A stretch of DNA of 64,000 bases from an uncultured Chloroflexia bacterium (GTDB lineage Bacteria; Chloroflexota; Limnocylindria; Limnocylindrales; CSP1-4), in assembly GCA_963813335.1 (NCBI GenBank), contig CAWEYL010000001.1, forward strand, positions 736,001-800,000, given 5' to 3'. The notes below the pieces were generated by a model. The model made no database searches. It was not told where the DNA came from and saw only the letters and a list, made by a program, of their open reading frames with translations. The translations under genes and the position numbers were made by a program. Each line of letters starts with the position of its first letter. The first letter of the stretch is position 1. Shown one piece after another: positions 61,650 through 64,000 of this stretch.

Positions 61650-62429
61650 TCAGGCCTCGACGAGCCGCTGGATCCGCTCGATCTGGAGCGCGCGCCCGGT
61701 GGCGGGGTCGATGTCGATCTGGGCGGCGTTGAAGATGACCGGCCCCTCCCCCACCTCGAACCTGGTGGGCAGGGCGTTGATGAACCGCGGCAGCACCGTC
61801 CGCGGTGCGAACCCGATGACGCTCCAGAGCGGCCCCGTCATGCCGAGGTCCGTCTGGTAGGCGGTCCCGTTGGGGAGGATCCGCTCGTCGCCGGTCACGA
61901 TGTGCGTGTGCGTGCCGACGACCGCGCTGACCCGCCCGTCGAGGTGCAGGCCGAAGGCGTTCTTCTCCGAGGTCAGCTCGCAGTGGAAGTCGACGAGGCG
62001 GACCGGCGGCAGCGGCTCGGATGATTCGTCGAGCAGCCGGTCGGCGTCGGTGAACGGGTTCTCGATCTGCTGCATGTAGGTGCGGCCCTGGAGGTTGATG
62101 ACCGCGATGTCGGTGCCGTCGAGGCCGCTGTAGACGCCCCAGCCGCGGCCCGGGACCTCGTGCGTGCCGTAGTTGAGCGGCCGCAGGACGCGGTCGTTCG
62201 CCTCGAGGAACGGGTAGATCTCGCGCTTGTCCCAGATGTGGTTGCCCGACGTGATGACGTCGACGCCGGCGGCGAGGATGGACTCCGCGGTCGAGGGCGT
62301 GAGGCCCATGCCGCCCGCGACGTTCTCGCCGTTGGCGGTCACGAAGTCGATGCCGCGCTCCTCGCGGAGGCCCGGCAGCAGGGCCTCGACCGTCTCGCGG
62401 CCGGGCTTGCCGATCATGTCGCCGATCAT
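61650..62429 (-). CDS. ymdB: YmdB-like (TIGR00282) metallophosphoesterase (true start may lie slightly upstream)
   Basis: GDMIGKPGR, NGEN, GNHIWD, DFH.E.TSEK, GTHTH, DLGMTGP; downstream of rny. Confidence 0.9.
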   Translation of the reverse strand: MIGDMIGKPGRETVEALLPGLREERGIDFVTANGENVAGGMGLTPSTAESILAAGVDVITSGNHIWDKREIYPFLEANDRVLRPLNYGTHEVPGRGWGVYSGLDGTDIAVINLQGRTYMQQIENPFTDADRLLDESSEPLPPVRLVDFHCELTSEKNAFGLHLDGRVSAVVGTHTHIVTGDERILPNGTAYQTDLGMTGPLWSVIGFAPRTVLPRFINALPTRFEVGEGPVIFNAAQIDIDPATGRALQIERIQRLVEA

Positions 62430-62509
62430 CAGGACGCGCAGGGCACCCTTGGGCCGCGGGGCGTCCCCGTTGGCAGGGTTCCCGAGCCGCGTCCGCCCGA
62501 TGGGCGCGG

Positions 62510-64000
62510 TTACTTCGCGTACTCCACGGCGCGGGTCTCGCGGATGACCGTGACCTTGATCTGGCCCGGGTAGGTCAACTGCTCTTCGATCTTCTTGACG
62601 ATGTCGCGTGCCAGGCGCGTCGCCGTCAGGTCGTCGATCTCCTCGGGGCGGACGAGGATGCGCACCTCGCGCCCGGCCTGGACCGCGAACGAGCGCTCCA
62701 CGCCGGTGAAGCTCTCGGCGATGGCCTGCAGGTCCTCGAGCCGCTTGACGTACGTGTCCATCGATTCGCCGCGGGCGCCCGGCCGCGATGCGCTGATCGC
62801 GTCGGCGACCTGGACGATCGGCGCCTCGAGGCAGGCGTACTCGACTTCCTGGTGGTGGGCGGCGATGGCGTTGATCACCTTGAACGGCAGGTTGTGCCGC
62901 TGCGCGATCGCGGCGCCGATGGCCGCGTGCGCGCCCTCGACCTCGTGGTCGACCGCCTTGCCGATGTCGTGGAGCAGCCCGCCCATCTTGGCGACCTGGA
63001 CGTCGGCGCCGATCTCGGCCGCGATGACCGCTGCCAGGTGGCTGGTCTCGACGACGTGGTTGAGCACGTTCTGGCCGTAGCTCGTCCGGAACTTGAGCCG
63101 GCCGAGGAGCTTGATGATCTCCGCGGGGAGCCCGGGGACACCGGACTCGTAGGCGGCCGTCTCGCCGGCCTGGCGCATCACGAGGTCGACCTCGGCACGT
63201 GCCTTGGCGACGACTTCTTCGATGCGGCCGGGGTGGATGCGCCCGTCGGCGATGAGCTTGGTGACCGCGATCCGCGCCACCTCGCGGCGGACCGGGTCGA
63301 AGCCCGAGAGGATGACCGTCTCTGGGGTGTCGTCGATGATCAGGTCGACGCCGGTCGCCTGCTCGAGCGCCCGGATGTTGCGGCCCTCGCGCCCGATGAT
63401 CCGGCCCTTCATCTCGTCCGACGGCAGGTGCACGACCGAGACCGTGTGCTCGGCGGTGTGGTCCGCGGCCACGCGCTGCATCGCGGTGACCACGATGTCG
63501 CGGGCCTTCTCCTGGGCTTCCTCGCGCGCGGCGCGCTCGATGGCGCGGCCGAGCTTGACGGCATCGTGCTCGGCCTCTTCGCGGACGGCCTCGAGGAGGA
63601 CGCCCTTCGCGTCCTCGGCCGACATGCCGGAGACGCGTTCCAGGGCGACGACCTGCTCCTGCTGGGCGCGGGCGAGATCCTCGCGGGTCTTGTCGAGTTC
63701 GCGCTCGCGCTCGAGGAGCTTGCGGTCGCGCTGCTCGAGCATGTCGGTGCGCTGGTCGAGCGCCTCGTCGCGGGAGAGGAGGCGGCGTTCGAGCCCGGCG
63801 AGCTCGTTGCGCTTGGCGCGAGCCTCGTCCTCGGCTTCGCCCTGCAGGCGGAGCTTCTCGTCCTTCGCCTCGAGGATGAGCTCCTTCTGGCGGGCGCGAG
63901 CCTCGGCTTCGATGCGGCGGGCCTCCGACTGGGCGGCCTTCATCGTCTGCGATGCCCAGAGGCTCCGGACGAGCACGCCGAGTACGGCTCCGCCGGCGGC
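62510..64000 (-). CDS. rny: Ribonuclease Y (N-terminus runs off the window)
   Basis: [15 protein letters not shown] domain, LLHDIGK HD domain, [27 protein letters not shown]. Confidence 0.97.
   Translation of the reverse strand, partial: AAGGAVLGVLVRSLWASQTMKAAQSEARRIEAEARARQKELILEAKDEKLRLQGEAEDEARAKRNELAGLERRLLSRDEALDQRTDMLEQRDRKLLERERELDKTREDLARAQQEQVVALERVSGMSAEDAKGVLLEAVREEAEHDAVKLGRAIERAAREEAQEKARDIVVTAMQRVAADHTAEHTVSVVHLPSDEMKGRIIGREGRNIRALEQATGVDLIIDDTPETVILSGFDPVRREVARIAVTKLIADGRIHPGRIEEVVAKARAEVDLVMRQAGETAAYESGVPGLPAEIIKLLGRLKFRTSYGQNVLNHVVETSHLAAVIAAEIGADVQVAKMGGLLHDIGKAVDHEVEGAHAAIGAAIAQRHNLPFKVINAIAAHHQEVEYACLEAPIVQVADAISASRPGARGESMDTYVKRLEDLQAIAESFTGVERSFAVQAGREVRILVRPEEIDDLTATRLARDIVKKIEEQLTYPGQIKVTVIRETRAVEYAK

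Noticed and set aside
1-64000. Many long antisense or alternate-frame ORFs rich in R/G/P/A (for example 646-2649 -, 6479-8158 -, 59138-60784 +)
   Set aside because: Shadow ORFs expected in very high-GC DNA; they overlap well-supported genes and have no family motifs.

Overview
High-GC bacterial chromosomal segment. The right end carries a core block (rny-ymdB-like-PHP-miaB-miaA-hflX). Gene order and content suggest Chloroflexota or a related Terrabacteria lineage (inference, not verified). The rest is a mosaic of accessory genes: flavin/F420 oxidoreductases, transporters, lipoproteins and VOC/DUF1801 proteins. Many genes carry single-base frameshifts typical of an unpolished long-read assembly. 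Two things stand out. (1) A small SARP/BTAD activator (20106-20846) sits beside an array of GTCAC-like pentamers spaced exactly 11 bp apart (6 copies). A matching array (4 copies) precedes a distant two-gene operon of unknown proteins (33278-35628), and a weaker one (3 copies) precedes a C39-like peptidase plus an acidic microprotein. Together they suggest a dispersed, uncharacterised regulon. (2) A four-gene defence-like island (45280-50971) encodes a RES toxin, an antitoxin-like protein, a DUF2075 nuclease-helicase and a translationally coupled RloC-like SMC/ABC ATPase. It has an internal TTGACA-N17-TACGGT promoter overlapped by four 11-bp-phased GGGA(T/G)A repeats. No rRNA, tRNA, CRISPR array, integrase or transposase was recognised. 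Family calls come from motif recognition by eye, not database searches.
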